Shown piece after piece: positions 51,951 to 64,000 of a DNA stretch of 64,000 nucleotides. The first letter of the stretch is position 1; every line of letters starts with the position of its first letter. The notes under the pieces were generated by a model. That model did no database searches. It saw only the letters and a list, made by a program, of their open reading frames with translations, and was not told the DNA's origin. Both the position numbers and the translations under genes were made by a program. This DNA is from Malacoraja senta (lineage: Eukaryota): NCBI GenBank assembly GCA_038087875.1, contig CM075988.1, positions 10,852,001-10,916,000 of the forward strand. The letters run 5' to 3'.

Positions 51951-52761
51951 CCATAAAGCTCAATTGTGTCATGTGCATCCCATTCACCCAATTTGCTCAT
52001 ACTTACAGGGTTGCTATTTGAGATGATGCAATGGTGTGTCTTCATAGTGATCGCTGCCCCCTCCCCTTTCTCCTTCTGCAATGTGTCCTTTTACTCTGCC
52101 ATTCCTGACTATAAACTCTGTGTTCTCACAGACAGAGGAAGCAGGAAGTTTACCTTGAAATCTTGCAAAGACAAAACAGGAGCTACATGTGTAAATGCAG
52201 CCAAATCGCTTTTCTGGTGGTGCAGCCTTGCAGATGGTAATTGCAGTTCCTTTTTGAACAAAGCAAATGCAATGTGATCACTATGAAACTTTGTTGTTGA
52301 GCATACTTGGCAGAATGCAGATCATCCTTGTCATAGTCATAGATGGTTATAAAGTCATACAGCATGGAAAGAGGCCCTTCAGCCCACCTTGCCCATGCCA
52401 ACCAAGATGCCCTATCTACACTCGTTCCACCTGGCTGAGTTTGGATCACATCCCTTTCAATGTCTCCTATCCATGTACTTGCCCAAATGTCTTTTACATT
52501 TTGTTATAGTACCTGCCTCAACTATCTCCTCTGGCAGCTCCTTCCATATACCTACCACCCCTTGTCTTTGTGCCGGTTTGAGCCAGGGTGGATCATCTGC
52601 TCGCTAACAAGATTTTTTCAATCCAGGCAGGCCAAGTAGAAGCGATCTCATCCTTCCTGTATGGGAGACCTCACTGTCTTTGCCTCAGTGGAGGTGACAG
52701 AGGAAACTGTGTAACTTTCCGATTAGCGCCCTTTTGCACTTGTTTAGATGATGGAAGGGGT

Positions 52762-52990
52762 GGAGGGCAGCACAGTGACACAGTTGTAGAATTGCTGCCT
52801 TATAGCACCAGAGACCTGGGTTTGATCCAGACAACGGGTGCTTTTTGTTCAAAGTGTGTACATACTCCCTGTGACCGCATGTGTTTTCTCTGGGTGCTCT
52901 GGTTTCCTCCTACACTCCAAAGATGTACAGGTGATTGTTGGTTGACACATACTAAGTTCAAAGGCCTGTTTCCATGTTGTATCTCTGAAT
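52762..52990 (+). mobile_element. HE1-like V-SINE (deleted)
   Basis: Head and V-domain similar to the other copies. Confidence 0.75.
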
Positions 52991-53765
52991 CTAATATCTA
53001 AAAATCAGCAATGAGGAGAGGGTGTGTGTGTGTGTGCATGAGATAGATCGGTATTTATTTAGGCCTATAGTTCAACTTGGTGTACCACAGCGAGGTCAGG
53101 AAATTTGTAGCATGGCTCCATAATTCAGGAATTATTCCACCCTTGGATTAATTGATAAATTAATCAATTTTGTTATTTCCCTTGCACATGTGGATGGGAA
53201 TGAGGGGTGTTTAAAGAAGGATTACAACAAATGGCCAGCTCAAACCTGATAGGTAGAAGGACCTGCTTTCATGTTGAGTGACTCTATGACCATCCCATCT
53301 TCCTCTTGCAAGTTTCCTCTAATGATGACCTGGTTGTGCTCTCCCTGCACTACTGCAGAGAATATCCCTCCAGGCCTCTGCATCCTTCATTTTTATATCT
53401 CATTGGGCACTTTCTCAATCCCTCCTGTGTCTGATTTCTCCCTACAACATTCAAGTATGTATGGTCCTTCGGGAAACACCTCCAATCCTATTGTAGTAGA
53501 CACTTCTGGATGTATATCATCCAAAAGCTGCTTTAAAACATCATTAATTTAGTTTAGAGATGCAGTGCAGAAACAGGCCCTTCGGCCCATTGAGTCTGTG
53601 CTGAGTGGCAATTCCCGTACATAAGCACTATCCTACACACTAGAGACTATTTATAATTATTACCAAAGCCAATTAACCTACAAACCTGTACGTCTTTGGA
53701 GTGTGGGAGGAAATCAGAGCACCTGACGAAAATCCACGTGGTCACGAGGAGGACCATAGACAATA

Positions 53766-56436
53766 ATAATAATAATAATAATAGATTTTATTTATATAGC
53801 GCTTTTCAGGACTCAAAGTCGCTTTACAATTGAGAGTCAGGAATAAACAAAACAAAATAGAGCAGTAAGACAGAGGGGGGGGGGGGGGGGGGGGAACATG
53901 GGACTAAGGGTATGCAGAGGTGAAGAGATGGGTCTTGAGGCGGGACTGGAAGATGGTGAGGGACTCAGAATTTCGGACCGGTTGTGGGAGGGAATTCCAG
54001 AGCCTGGGAGCTGCCCTGGAGAAGGCTCTGCCTCCAAAAGTGCAGAGGTTTGATTTCGGAATGGAGAGGAGACCAGCTGATGTGGATCTGAAGGACCGTG
54101 AGGGTTGGTAGGGGGAGAGGAGGTCAATGAGATAAGGGGGGGCCAGGTTGTTGAGGGCTTTGTAGGTGAGGACCAGGATTTTGTAGGTGATCCGGTGGGA
54201 AATGGGAAGCCAGTGAAGTTCTTTGAGAACTGGGGTGATGTGGTGCCAGGATTTGGTGTGGGTAATGAGTCGAGCGGCTGCATTTTGGACCAGTTGGAGT
54301 CGTTTGATGCTGCTGGAATTGATTCCGAAAAGAAGAGAGTTACAGTAGTCCAGTCGGGAGGAGATGAAGGCATGGATGAGTCTTTCAGCAGCGGGGGGTG
54401 TGAGAGACGATCTGATTTTTGCAATGTTGCGGAGGTGAAAAAATGATGTTTTGACAACATGGCGGATGTGAGGCTCAAGGGAGAGGGTTGAGTCGAGGAT
54501 CACGCCAAGGTTGCGTGCCTGAGGAGATGGGGAGACAGTGGTGCCGTCGATAGTGAGAGTGGGGTTGTTAATTTTAGTGAGTGTTGATTTGGAGCCAATG
54601 AGGAGAAATTCTGTTTTGCTACTGTTTAATTTAAGGAAGTTGAGTTGCATCCAAGATTTGATGGCTGATAGGCAGGAGTTGATATGGGAGAGAGGGGGGT
54701 GGTGGGGGGACTTGGTGCTGAGATAGATCTGGGTGTCATCAGCATAGCAGTGGAAGTCCAGGTTGAAGTGACGGAGTATATGACCAAGGGGGAGGATGTA
54801 GATGATGAAGAGGAGGGGACCAAGAACGGAGCCTTGGGGAACGCCTTGAGTGACAGTGGCTGTGGCAGAGGTGTGGTTATGGAGAGAGATGAAGTGGGAT
54901 CGGTTGGAAAGGTAAGAACGGAACCAGCTGAGTGCAGAACCTTCAATGCCAAGGTCCCTAAGTCTGTTGAGCAGGATGTTGTGGTTGACGGTATCGAAGG
55001 CTGCACTCAGGTCGAGGAGGTTGAGGATATTGAGGGAGCCAGAGTCAGCAGAGGTAAGGAGGTCATTGAGGACTTTGAGGAGAGCAGTTTCTGTGCTATG
55101 GAGGGGGCGAAAGCCAGATTGGAGGGGTTCGAATAGGTTATACGCGAGGAGGTGGGAATGAAGTTGTGACGCGACGATGCGCTCCAGGGTTTTTGAAAGA
55201 AAGGGGAGGTTTGAGATGGGGCGGTAGTTAATGAGAGAGGAGGGATCAAGACCAGGTTTCTTTAAGATTGGCGTGACAGCAGCAGTTTTGAAAGCAGAGG
55301 GGACAATTCCTTGGGACAATGAGGAGTTGAAAAGATTAGTGAGGTAGGGGCAGAGAGCAGGGAGGCAGGACTTCAGCAGGGGAGTGGGGAGAGGGTCAAG
55401 GGAGCAGGTAGTGGGTTTGGAAGAGCTGATGAGTTTGGAGATTTCAGTAGGGGTGACCGGGTCAAACTGGGAGAGGAAACAGTGAGGGGGTGGGGTATGG
55501 AGATCAGCGGAGATGTTGAAAGGAGGGGCCTTGGTAGGTGGTGGAGTAGATGCTGGGGAGTCGGGTACAGGGGATAGGGATTGATAGATGGTGCTAATTT
55601 TATCAGCAAAAAAGTGGAGGAATGAGTTGCAGAGATCCGGAGTGGAGGTGGGGAGAGTGATGGCTCGAGGCTTGAGGAGGTTGCAGACTGTGGAGAAGAG
55701 GGTTCTGTGGTTTAGGCAGGGGTCGGTGAATATGGAGGAGAGGTATACAGATTTAGCAGCAATGAGGGCATCTTTGTAGGCAGTGAGGTGGAGTTTGTAA
55801 GCTTCATGGTGGACTGTGAGAGGTGATTTCTTTATGAGTCGTTCAAGTCGGCGACCAATCTGTTTCAGCTTACGAAGTGCAGGTGTGTACCAGGGTGAAG
55901 ATTTATTAAAAGTTACAGTTCTTGTTTTGAGGGGAGCCAGAGTGTTAAGGGAGGTAGACAAGGTGGAATTGAGATGGTTTGTGAGATCATCAGGTGAGAT
56001 GTGGGTTGAGTCCAGGGGGAGAGTGGTGGAGAGCAGGTCAGAGAGATGGTGAGGATCGATAGATTTTAGATTACGGAAGGTGATTTCTCGGAGGAAGAGG
56101 GGGCGAGGTGTCGGAGAAGGGATGGTGAACCGTATGAGCTTATGATCCGAGAGGGGGAAGAGGCATGGATGGAGGTCGAGTACCGGTTGATTTGTGGAGC
56201 AGACCAGGTCAAGGATGTGACCTTTGTCATGAGTGGGAAAGGTGACATGCTGAGTGAGAGAGAAGTTGTCGAGTAGAAAAGCGAATTCAGATGCGAACTT
56301 GCAGGTGGGGGAGTCCATATGAATGTTTAAGTCACCAAGTAGCAGCAGACGTGTGGTGAGAGATGAGACAAGTGTGAGGAATTCAGTGAAATCAGATAGG
56401 AAGGAGGGGTTTGGTTTAGGTGGCCGGTAAATGAGG
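53766..56436 (-). mobile_element. L2-clade LINE, 5'-truncated, very young
   Basis: Uninterrupted ORF2 with partial APE endonuclease (IYRPP, GDLNIH, GHILDLV, SDH) and RT ([36 protein letters not shown]); (ATT)n tail. Confidence 0.96.
53904..56435 (-). CDS. L2 ORF2 (partial endonuclease + reverse transcriptase), 843 codons, no native start
   Basis: Part of ORF 53904..56606; the residues before LIYRPP come from flanking SINE/CR1 sequence. Confidence 0.85.
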   Translation of the reverse strand, partial: LIYRPPKPNPSFLSDFTEFLTLVSSLTTRLLLLGDLNIHMDSPTCKFASEFAFLLDNFSLTQHVTFPTHDKGHILDLVCSTNQPVLDLHPCLFPLSDHKLIRFTIPSPTPRPLFLREITFRNLKSIDPHHLSDLLSTTLPLDSTHISPDDLTNHLNSTLSTSLNTLAPLKTRTVTFNKSSPWYTPALRKLKQIGRRLERLIKKSPLTVHHEAYKLHLTAYKDALIAAKSVYLSSIFTDPCLNHRTLFSTVCNLLKPRAITLPTSTPDLCNSFLHFFADKISTIYQSLSPVPDSPASTPPPTKAPPFNISADLHTPPPHCFLSQFDPVTPTEISKLISSSKPTTCSLDPLPTPLLKSCLPALCPYLTNLFNSSLSQGIVPSAFKTAAVTPILKKPGLDPSSLINYRPISNLPFLSKTLERIVASQLHSHLLAYNLFEPLQSGFRPLHSTETALLKVLNDLLTSADSGSLNILNLLDLSAAFDTVNHNILLNRLRDLGIEGSALSWFRSYLSNRSHFISLHNHTSATATVTQGVPQGSVLGPLLFIIYILPLGHILRHFNLDFHCYADDTQIYLSTKSPHHPPLSHINSCLSAIKSWMQLNFLKLNSSKTEFLLIGSKSTLTKINNPTLTIDGTTVSPSPQARNLGVILDSTLSLEPHIRHVVKTSFFHLRNIAKIRSSLTPPAAERLIHAFISSRLDYCNSLLFGINSSSIKRLQLVQNAAARLITHTKSWHHITPVLKELHWLPISHRITYKILVLTYKALNNLAPPYLIDLLSPYQPSRSFRSTSAGLLSIPKSNLCTFGGRAFSRAAPRLWNSLPQPVRNSESLTIFQSRLKTHLFTSAYP

Positions 56437-56879
56437 AATAGGTGCAGGAGTAGGCCATTCAGCCCTTTGAGCCAGCACCACCATTCCCTGTGATCATGGC
56501 TGAAATGTGAAAACACCATGCACACAGCGCCAATAATCTGGATCGAACCCGGGTCTCTGGTGCTGTATGACAGCTGTGCCCCCCCCCCCCCCCAGCATTT
56601 TGACATTTCATCTTATGACAACTTATTTTTATTTGTCTGGGATTTGTGCAATAGGAATTTAGTGGATCCAAAGAAAAGAGAGATCCAATTTCTGGCTTTT
56701 CTGCCTTCTATTAATTCACAATAAAATGTAGTGCTTGTAAATTGTGAAATTAGTTTCCTAAACAATTAGCTAGCTTGTGACGATCCGGCAATATTGGTTT
56801 GACTTGCTTGGAGTGGCCATGTGAATATTGATTCTTCAAATTCTTACATTAATCTCTCAATACAAAAAAAAAACAGACC

Positions 56880-57050
56880 CTGGAGGGACTCAGCTGGTCA
56901 GGCAACATCTGTCGAGGATAATGGACAAACAATGTTTCAGATCGGGTCCCTTCTTCAATTGAGTCTTGAAGGAAGGTCTTGGTCTGAAATGTTGTCCATC
57001 CATTTTCCTTCACAGATGTTGCCTGACCCACTGAGTTCCTCCAGCAGTTG
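56880..57050. mobile_element. Penelope-derived palindromic element (old)
   Basis: CTGGAGGGACTCAG...GGCAACATCTG / CAGATGTTGCC...CTGAGTTCCTCCAG inverted arms. Confidence 0.65.
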
Positions 57051-57889
57051 GTTTTCTCAAGCTTAAAGCATTTACTGACTTTTGTGTCACCACTGATGTT
57101 TCATTTCTGTTTTCCAGGGCATTTTAACTTCTAAATCTTTTCACTTGAAATCTACTATGACTGTCTTCCACGTTGTGTATGGTATCTTATCTCCATTATA
57201 GAATAATTAATCATGATGTTTTTGGGCAGGAGGATAACGTGGAGATGAAATCGTAAAAAAGGACATGACATCCATAGCACTGAACTACATTTTGCCAGCA
57301 GCACAGTTCACATTCACTGTAAATCACCTCGGTATAGTTTATGGCATTTTGTCAGTGTGTAGATTTATTTTTGCCAGGAATCTGAACGGGCGCTTGGCCT
57401 ATTCTGTCATTGTTGCCTTCTGCGGTAATTAGTGTATTATACTTCAGTGTCAGTAATGAAACAACAGAATATTTGCTGCCATTTCCAGTGTTAACATGTC
57501 TTGTCATTTTATAGAATTGCTTTGAAAGCCAAAGAAAAATGATGGCAAGGCAATTCAACTTGAAATATAACTAAGTTCTTCAAATTATCCTTTTAAGGCA
57601 AATATACCAGCCAGAACATAAACTACCAAATCAAACTGATAATTCTGATTTAATTAAAAAGACAACCTTCGTGCAGGGTTGGTCTCGGACCACTTCTGTG
57701 AATGAAGCTGAAGGTATCTTGCACTCCATGATGTTCTGCTGTTGCAGAGAGAGATTACAGCAGGATGAGGGTCATAGGTGATGATGGTGGTGGAGTTTAC
57801 AAGGTGTGTGTGGTGACAGGGTGAGCATCGGGTCGGGCCTTGCAGATGACCATGGAAGGGAAGGTTGGGGATGACATGGCGATGCAACG

Positions 57890-58138
57890 GTCGACCCGGA
57901 TTCCATCCTGACTATAGGTGCAGTCTGTACAGAGTTTGCGCATTCTCCCGTGATCACGTGGGTTTTCTTCAGGTGCTCCAATTTCCTCCCACACTCTGAA
58001 GACGTACAGTTTTGTAGGTTACTTGGCTTCTGTAAATTGTCCCAATTGTGTAGGATAGTGCTAGTGTACGGGGTGATCACTGGTCGGGATGGACTTGGGC
58101 CGACGGGCCTGTTTCCACACTGTGTATCTAAAGTCTAA
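57890..58138 (+). mobile_element. HE1-like V-SINE, 5'-truncated
   Basis: V-domain and tail present. Confidence 0.8.
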
Positions 58139-58364
58139 AGGTGAGGACATTGATGGTGCACGTAACGTGTAATGATGGAACGATGAGGAATACACAGGAG
58201 GGTTGTCGATGCTTTGTTCTACCCAGTGGCATTCTGAGTAAGATTGGTCTGTTAATGCTGAATCAGGTTTTGACCTTCCAGTTAAGTCTTGCTTCTGTCC
58301 TTTGCTTTGGACAAGAGTTGCCTGCCATTGTGGGTGCCAAAGAGACTCCATGACAAAGCTTTGT

Positions 58365-58660
58365 CATTTAGTCATTGAGTGATACAGTGTGGAAACAGGC
58401 CCTTCAGCCCAACATGCCGACACCGGCCAACATGTCCCAGCTACACTCGTCCCATTTGCCTGCACTTGGTCCATATCCCTCCAAACCTGTTCTATATAGG
58501 TACCTGCCTTAAACGTTGGGATAGTCCCAACCTTAACTACCTCCTCTGGCAACTTGTTCCATACACCCACCCTTTGTGTGAAAAAGTTACCCCTCAGATT
58601 CCTATCAAAGTTTTTTCTCCTTCACCTTGAACCTATGTCCTCTGGTCCTCGATTCCCCTG
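58365..58660 (-). mobile_element. CR1 3' tail fragment
   Basis: VWNKLPEEVV on the minus strand; same tail as 905-1120. Confidence 0.8.
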
Positions 58661-59221
58661 TTTAAGGAAATTATGTCAACAATTTTGCCTGCAGTTTTCT
58701 GTTTTGACCTAAAAATATCTTAATGTTTGTGCTTTGCTTTTAAATACATCTGATATGAATTAAATTCCTGGGTGCAGATTGCATAACAATTTGAATAACT
58801 ATCATATAACAAATGTAGGGAAAATTCTCTTCAGAAAGTAACTTTCATAATCTGAGGATGTGTAACATTGCAGAGCTGCCAATAAAATAACTTTTGTAAC
58901 TGTAACAACTGCTATCGCTTAGCCCGCAGTGCTGGATATAAGACATATCCCTGCCTGGAGCTTGATTCTGCAGGGCTAAAAGTAACTATCAATGGGTCAT
59001 GACTGCTATCAGAATTATCCTTCTGACTGATGCTTTGTTCCAAAGTATTCGATTAATTTGTTTTGATGTTGCTTTAATTGTTCAGAATCTTCCTGAAATC
59101 CTGTCTGATTTGCTTTGCAAAAAAGCACTCAATAAAACAAGTCTTTTAAAGACAAAGTGGTGATCCACAGCTATAACGTATCATTTCAGTGTTTCTGAGC
59201 AAGACCATGAAATGGTGAGCA

Positions 59222-59765
59222 GGACCAGCGATCACCCGGTACACTAGCACTATCCTACACAATTGGGACGATTTACAGAAGCCAAATAACCTACAAAACT
59301 GTATGTCTTCGGAGTGTGAGAGGAAATTGGACCACCTGAAGAAAATCCACGTGATCACAGGGAGAATACGCAAACTCTGTTCAGTCTATGAAGACACGTT
59401 CATGGATCTTTGGCTTTCCCTTACTGAAGTCAACAATCAGCTCCTTGGTTATGTTCAGAGCAAAATTGTTGTTCTGGCAACATTCAATTAAATTACTGAT
59501 TCCCCTTCTGTTCTTCAATTGCATCTACCTTTTGTAAGAATGCCATCCCTTTCTTGCAGTTTCTCTGTCGTCTCCTCATCTGCTCTTAAGATGAGTCTTT
59601 CCACTTCAACACATCTGAAATGTCGTCCTTCTTCAGTAAATGTGGTTCTCCCCCCCCATCCCACCTCCCCTGCTGTGATGGATGGATCCCTCACCCTGTC
59701 TCCTCTGGTATCCACAGTTCTGTTTTCACCACCCTACCCCTTCCCTCAGAAAAGAAAACCAGTAT
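59222..59765. mobile_element. Composite of HE1 SINE (-), Rex1-like RT (-) and Penelope RT (+) fragments
   Basis: 59222-59380 SINE; 59400-59515 minus strand CQNNNFALNITKELIVDF; 59520-59765 plus strand CKNAIPFLQFL..ICS..FH..SEMSSFF. Confidence 0.65.
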
Positions 59766-61537
59766 AGAGATCACCAGAATTAAAGGTTTATAAAGAGTCC
59801 TACATTCTTGTAGGTGTGCTGCTAGTGGTGGTGGTGGAAGCAGATGTTATAGAGGCATTTAGATAAAAAGAGATTTTTGGATAAAAACATGATCATGGAG
59901 GGATATGAATCTCATGAAGGCAGAAGGTGTTAATTTAATATAGTATTGGTTCGATGCAGAAATTGTTCAAAAGTTCACATGTTATAGGAGTAGAATTAGG
60001 CTATTCGGCCCATCGAGTCTACACCACCATTCAATCATGGCTGATCTCTGCCACCTAATCCCATTTTCCTGCCTTCTCCCCATAACCCTTGACAGTTCTA
60101 ACGTTCACAAGTTATAGGAGAAGAATTAGTGTTGTGAAAGTTGTTAAAATTGTGGACCAAAAGTCTTGTTCCTGTGCTGTATTGTGCTATATTCTGAAAG
60201 ACATGGGTCTTGCCAGAAAATTTAGAATTGAATATTTATTTACATAACCCTTATCAAAATGTCAGTTCCAGCATTTGCCACTAAACATAATTTATTACAT
60301 CGCAATGTTTCAAGATTTTTAACTTGAATGTAACAACTTGACTTTCCGTGAAAGTACTAGTCATGGATCAAACTATGTGCAGACTTGTATTTATAATTAT
60401 TTGACCAATGCTCAATTAAATGTGACTTGTTACATTAAGTGTGAACGTCACTATGATAAACAAATATGAAATAACCATTTCCCTGATTATGGAAAATAAT
60501 ATTATGAAGAAACGAGTTCAGGAAAATGTATTGAAGTAAAATCTGACAAAAGTCTAACTGCAGACTTGCAATTATGATATTTATATGAAGCAAGTCTTGG
60601 GGTGGAATATTAAATAGTATGTCCATTGTAATTTTTTGACAGTAGTACCAATTCTGAGAAAACTAAGGTCAATATTTATGCTATTATCCTACATTGATTA
60701 CCTTCTGTAGCATCTGCAAACCAGATATATTTGTCGTTTAATCCAAGTATTGAGGTCAGGCTTTAAATTTCGAATGGTTATGCTCTGCCATTCCAATCTG
60801 AACATTTTTTTTAGCAAATTGTTGCAATAACAGTTACTGTACAATTTGATAAATCTTAATATATACTGATTAAGCAGCTCTGCCTCTGCTAGTATGGTAA
60901 AGTATATAATAAAGAGGCATGAAATGCAATCCCAATCTTCGTATTCACCGCTACATTTTCCCAGCAGCCAAGACTCTAGAATAAAATGTAATCTTATTTG
61001 GTAACTCTCCATTTTGTTTGTCCTGAAGTTTTGTTGTCTGCATTGGATTTTTTGGATGCACCACTCAGCAGGTAAAAGTGAGAATTGTGTGTTCGAAGTA
61101 GACCATTAAATATGTCTCCTGCATGTATCACAGAATATTAGTTGCTTTGGAAGTTACAAATCTGGCAAGAAACTGATGAGAAAATATTTTGTAGCTTGAC
61201 TGGGCATTTGGATATCAAAAATTATGACTTTATTTTTTTGATCTTTGGAATAGAAATTCTGTGGAAACTAAACTGAACTGCACGAACTACCTTGGGTTCG
61301 AGGTCCATTGAGTTTTTGTATATGCAGGGAGAGCAAGGGGTTGGTCAAGATGGGGGGGGGGGGTGATGCATTCTGTACTGCAGGCAGAGTAGGGGAAATG
61401 CCCCAAAAGGTGGGAATAAAATGGAACTTGCTGTGGTTCCAGCCTGCCATGTCATGTCTTGGTTGTCCTCTGAGAGGTTAATGATCACTGCTTCTAGGTC
61501 AATTAGGTCTAACGTCTCTCCCAATGCTCTATTTACT

Positions 61538-61806
61538 TTAGTTTAGACTTACAGCGCGGAAACGGGACCTTCGGCCCACCGGGTCCACACCGACCAGCGA
61601 TCCCAGCATGTTAACATTATCCTTCCCACACGAGGGACAATTGACTTTTATACCAAGCCAATTAACCTACAAACCTGTATGCCTTTGGAGTGTGGGAGGG
61701 AACCTAAGATCTCGGTGAAACCATGCAGAGAACGTACAAACTCCGTACAGACAGCACCCGTAGTCAGGATCGAACCTGGGTCAGCAACTCTACCACTGCA
61801 CCACCC
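61538..61806 (-). mobile_element. HE1-like V-SINE
   Basis: Reverse complement of the SINE consensus seen at 11354. Confidence 0.85.
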
Positions 61807-62359
61807 TCTTCAATGAAGTTTGCATGGAACGCAACAGACCTGTACAACAAAATGTCTGGTTGTTACAATAAGTGACCCTGAAGGGATAAAATTGTATTCC
61901 ACTCTGTAGCAAGTACATACTCAATGACTTGGCACAGAAATAAACTTCACTCTTCAATCTAATGTCTACGACAGAATCTCCCACATTTTTATATTACAGA
62001 ACAAAAAAAACAGCAAGTTAAATTCAGATTGGATTAGGAAGGAACTGCAGATGCTGATTTACAAAGAGACAGTGCTGGAGTCACTCAATGGGTCAGGAAA
62101 CATCTCTGGAGCACATGGACAGGTGATGTTTTCAGGTTAGGACCTGTCATCATACTGCTTTGCATTCAGACTTGGTTACCATTCAGAGCTGTCGTAATTC
62201 CAGGTAAACATGGAGAACAAACTAGAATCCATTGTAAAGAATGTAAAGTAATGGTGCTTATCACTGGAGTTGAATGAGTCCAAGCAAAAGGGGACTGGAT
62301 AAGTGAGTTTGCTACTGAGTTTAGTGCATCAGGATTTGGAATGGTGACCAAGATCCTAA

Positions 62360-62893
62360 TGCCCCTGTCCCACTTAGGAAACCTGAACGGAAACCTCTGT
62401 AGACTTTGCGCCCCACCCAAGGTTTCCGTGCGGTTCCTGGAGTTTTTTGTCAGGCTCCCTAATGGTCGAAAGTGGTTTCAGCTTCTTCTATGTTCCGGCG
62501 ATTATTTCAAAAAATTGAAAACCGGCCACGACTGTTGAATCCGGTTGCGATGCTAGTTGAAGGTGGTTGCCAGAGGTTGCAGGTAGTGGAAGGTAAGACC
62601 TTTTTTCACCCAGTTTTATTCCACCAGGGAGGTCTTACCTTCCACTACCTGCAACCTCCGGCAACCACCTTCAACTGGCATCGCAACCGGCTTCAACTAA
62701 AAAATTACCGAATTTTAAAACGGCAACCTATTTTTAGTCGTGGCCGGTTTTATAGAAGAAGCGGGAACCACTTTCGACCATTAGGGAGACTGACAAAAAC
62801 CTCCGGGAACCTCCGGGAACTGCACGGAAACCTTGGGTGGGGCGCAAAGTCTCCAGAGGTTTCCATTCAGGTTTCCTATGTGGGACAGGGGCA
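62360..62893. mobile_element. PIF/Harbinger-type foldback MITE
   Basis: TIR TGCCCCTGTCCCAC/GTGGGACAGGGGCA extending ~130 bp; TAA TSD (62357-62359, 62894-62896); inner 68-bp inverted repeat. Confidence 0.9.
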
Positions 62894-63639
62894 TAACATA
62901 ACTATACCCCCCACCTTCTCAAATCTGGGTAGCTAATAGCAGTTTGATGCAATGTTCTTAAAAATGCTGCCATGGGGTGATTGAGATAAATGAAAGGACA
63001 CATAGAATCAAATGAGTTAAAGCCTAATATAGAGCTGTAGCCAGGATGTCAAGGTGGTCATGGTTTGGAATGGACTTCCAACCAGAGTAAAAAATGATTA
63101 GAAATTATACCAATAAATTTAGAGGCCAGGAATCCCTTTTATATATTAAAAAAAAAAAAAACATTTATGCTATTTTACCATAAACGGATTCAGTAAATTA
63201 TGCATCATGCTGCCACCAATTGTAAATGCAACACAAACACCCCAACCAAAGGATTAACTGAGTGAAATATTTGCATTGGACTAATGATTTTCTTTATTCC
63301 TCAGAAAGCACTTCAGAAATGAAAGAAAAAGTGTGCCAAGCATAATAATATCTGAGGGTTAAGGTAATCCTAATATTAATCCTGATGAAAGAGTAAAAAA
63401 ATAATAGATGATAACTGGGACATTCAACAAGGCAAAGGTTTTTGAGATCTTTTTTTAACACGTGAAAGTCTGGTCAAAGCTGGGGAAATGGGTACACAGG
63501 ATGATTTGCAAAATTCCCGTGACTTGGGATTGCTGTACCCATGAGATGTTTGAGGCCACAGTGATTTCTGAGTATTGCATATGTTTTGGGATAGGAATTA
63601 TAGGGAAATGATGCAAAATAAAATATAAGTGATTATTTT

Positions 63640-63908
63640 GGCGCAGCGATTGTGTTGCTGCCTTCCAGTGTAAGAGATCTGGGTTCGATTATGATTACAA
63701 GTCCTGTCTGTATGGAGTTTGTAGGTTATGCATGTGGGTTTTCTCCAGGAGCTCCAGTTTCTTCCCACACTCCAAAGACATACAGGTTTGTAGGTTAATT
63801 GGCTTTGATAAGGTGTAAACTTGTCCCTAGAATGTGTTGACTAGTGTACAGGGTAATTGGTGGTCGGTGGGTCGCAGGGCCAGTTTCCACACAGTATCTC
63901 AAGTCTAA
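63640..63908 (+). mobile_element. HE1-like V-SINE
   Basis: GTTGCTGCC head, GGTTCGAT B-box, V-domain, tail. Confidence 0.8.
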
Positions 63909-64000
63909 AAGTGTTTAGGATACATTTCATAAGGATGAATCATTGGGAAAACAATGAAGAAATCTTTGGGGAAAACAAGGCTATGGTTAAGAACTCTATG

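Larger units (their letters stand above)
53549..56580 (-). mobile_element. HE1-like SINE split by a CR1 tail, which is itself split by an L2
   Basis: SINE 3' part 53549-53751 and 5' part 56504-56580; CR1 tail pieces 53753-53765 and 56437-56503. Confidence 0.8.
31059..64000 (+). other. First intron of the putative NTM gene (continues past the window end)
   Basis: No Ig-domain exon (VPVRSGD-like) recognised downstream; IgLON first introns are known to be very long. Confidence 0.6.

Noticed and set aside
53837..56248. Many overlapping and antisense ORFs within the L2
   Set aside because: By-products of the L2's skewed composition and codon structure.
60698..61012. 104-aa minus-strand ORF ending at a donor-like AAG|GTAAT
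   Set aside because: No polypyrimidine acceptor and no recognisable domain.
62166..62936. ORFs of 65-154 aa over the foldback element
   Set aside because: They lie largely within a non-coding MITE and show no transposase motifs.
1..64000. CRISPR arrays, operons or other prokaryotic systems
   Set aside because: No regularly spaced repeat-spacer arrays or gene-dense coding; the sequence is vertebrate intergenic and intronic DNA.

Overview
Vertebrate genomic DNA, almost certainly from a cartilaginous fish (skate/ray-type repeat landscape with HE1-like V-SINEs, CR1, L2, L1, Rex1/Babar, RTE, Penelope and PIF/Harbinger elements). I can support only one host gene. It has a CpG-rich promoter (~30.6-30.8 kb) and a 61-nt signal-peptide exon (30998-31058, MHISVCGIVLIGMALLLISQG, phase-1 GT donor) that matches exon 1a of the IgLON gene neurotrimin (NTM). 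The rest of the window downstream looks like its first intron. All long ORFs come from retrotransposons (L1 5385-7771, CR1 25940-27172, L2 53766-56436). The strongest unexplained signal is structured RNA in short non-coding retroelements. (i) A ~140-bp element begins exactly at a 54-nt minimal, almost P4-less HDV/CPEB3-like ribozyme fold (14931-14984, minus). (ii) A ~425-bp RTE-derived element begins with a second, P4-expanded HDV-like fold (10841-10982, minus). (iii) Many Penelope-derived, often palindromic elements carry minimal type-I hammerhead cores. The folds were parsed by eye and their activity is untested. Repeat family names come from motif recognition, not database searches, and the boundaries of decayed repeats are approximate.
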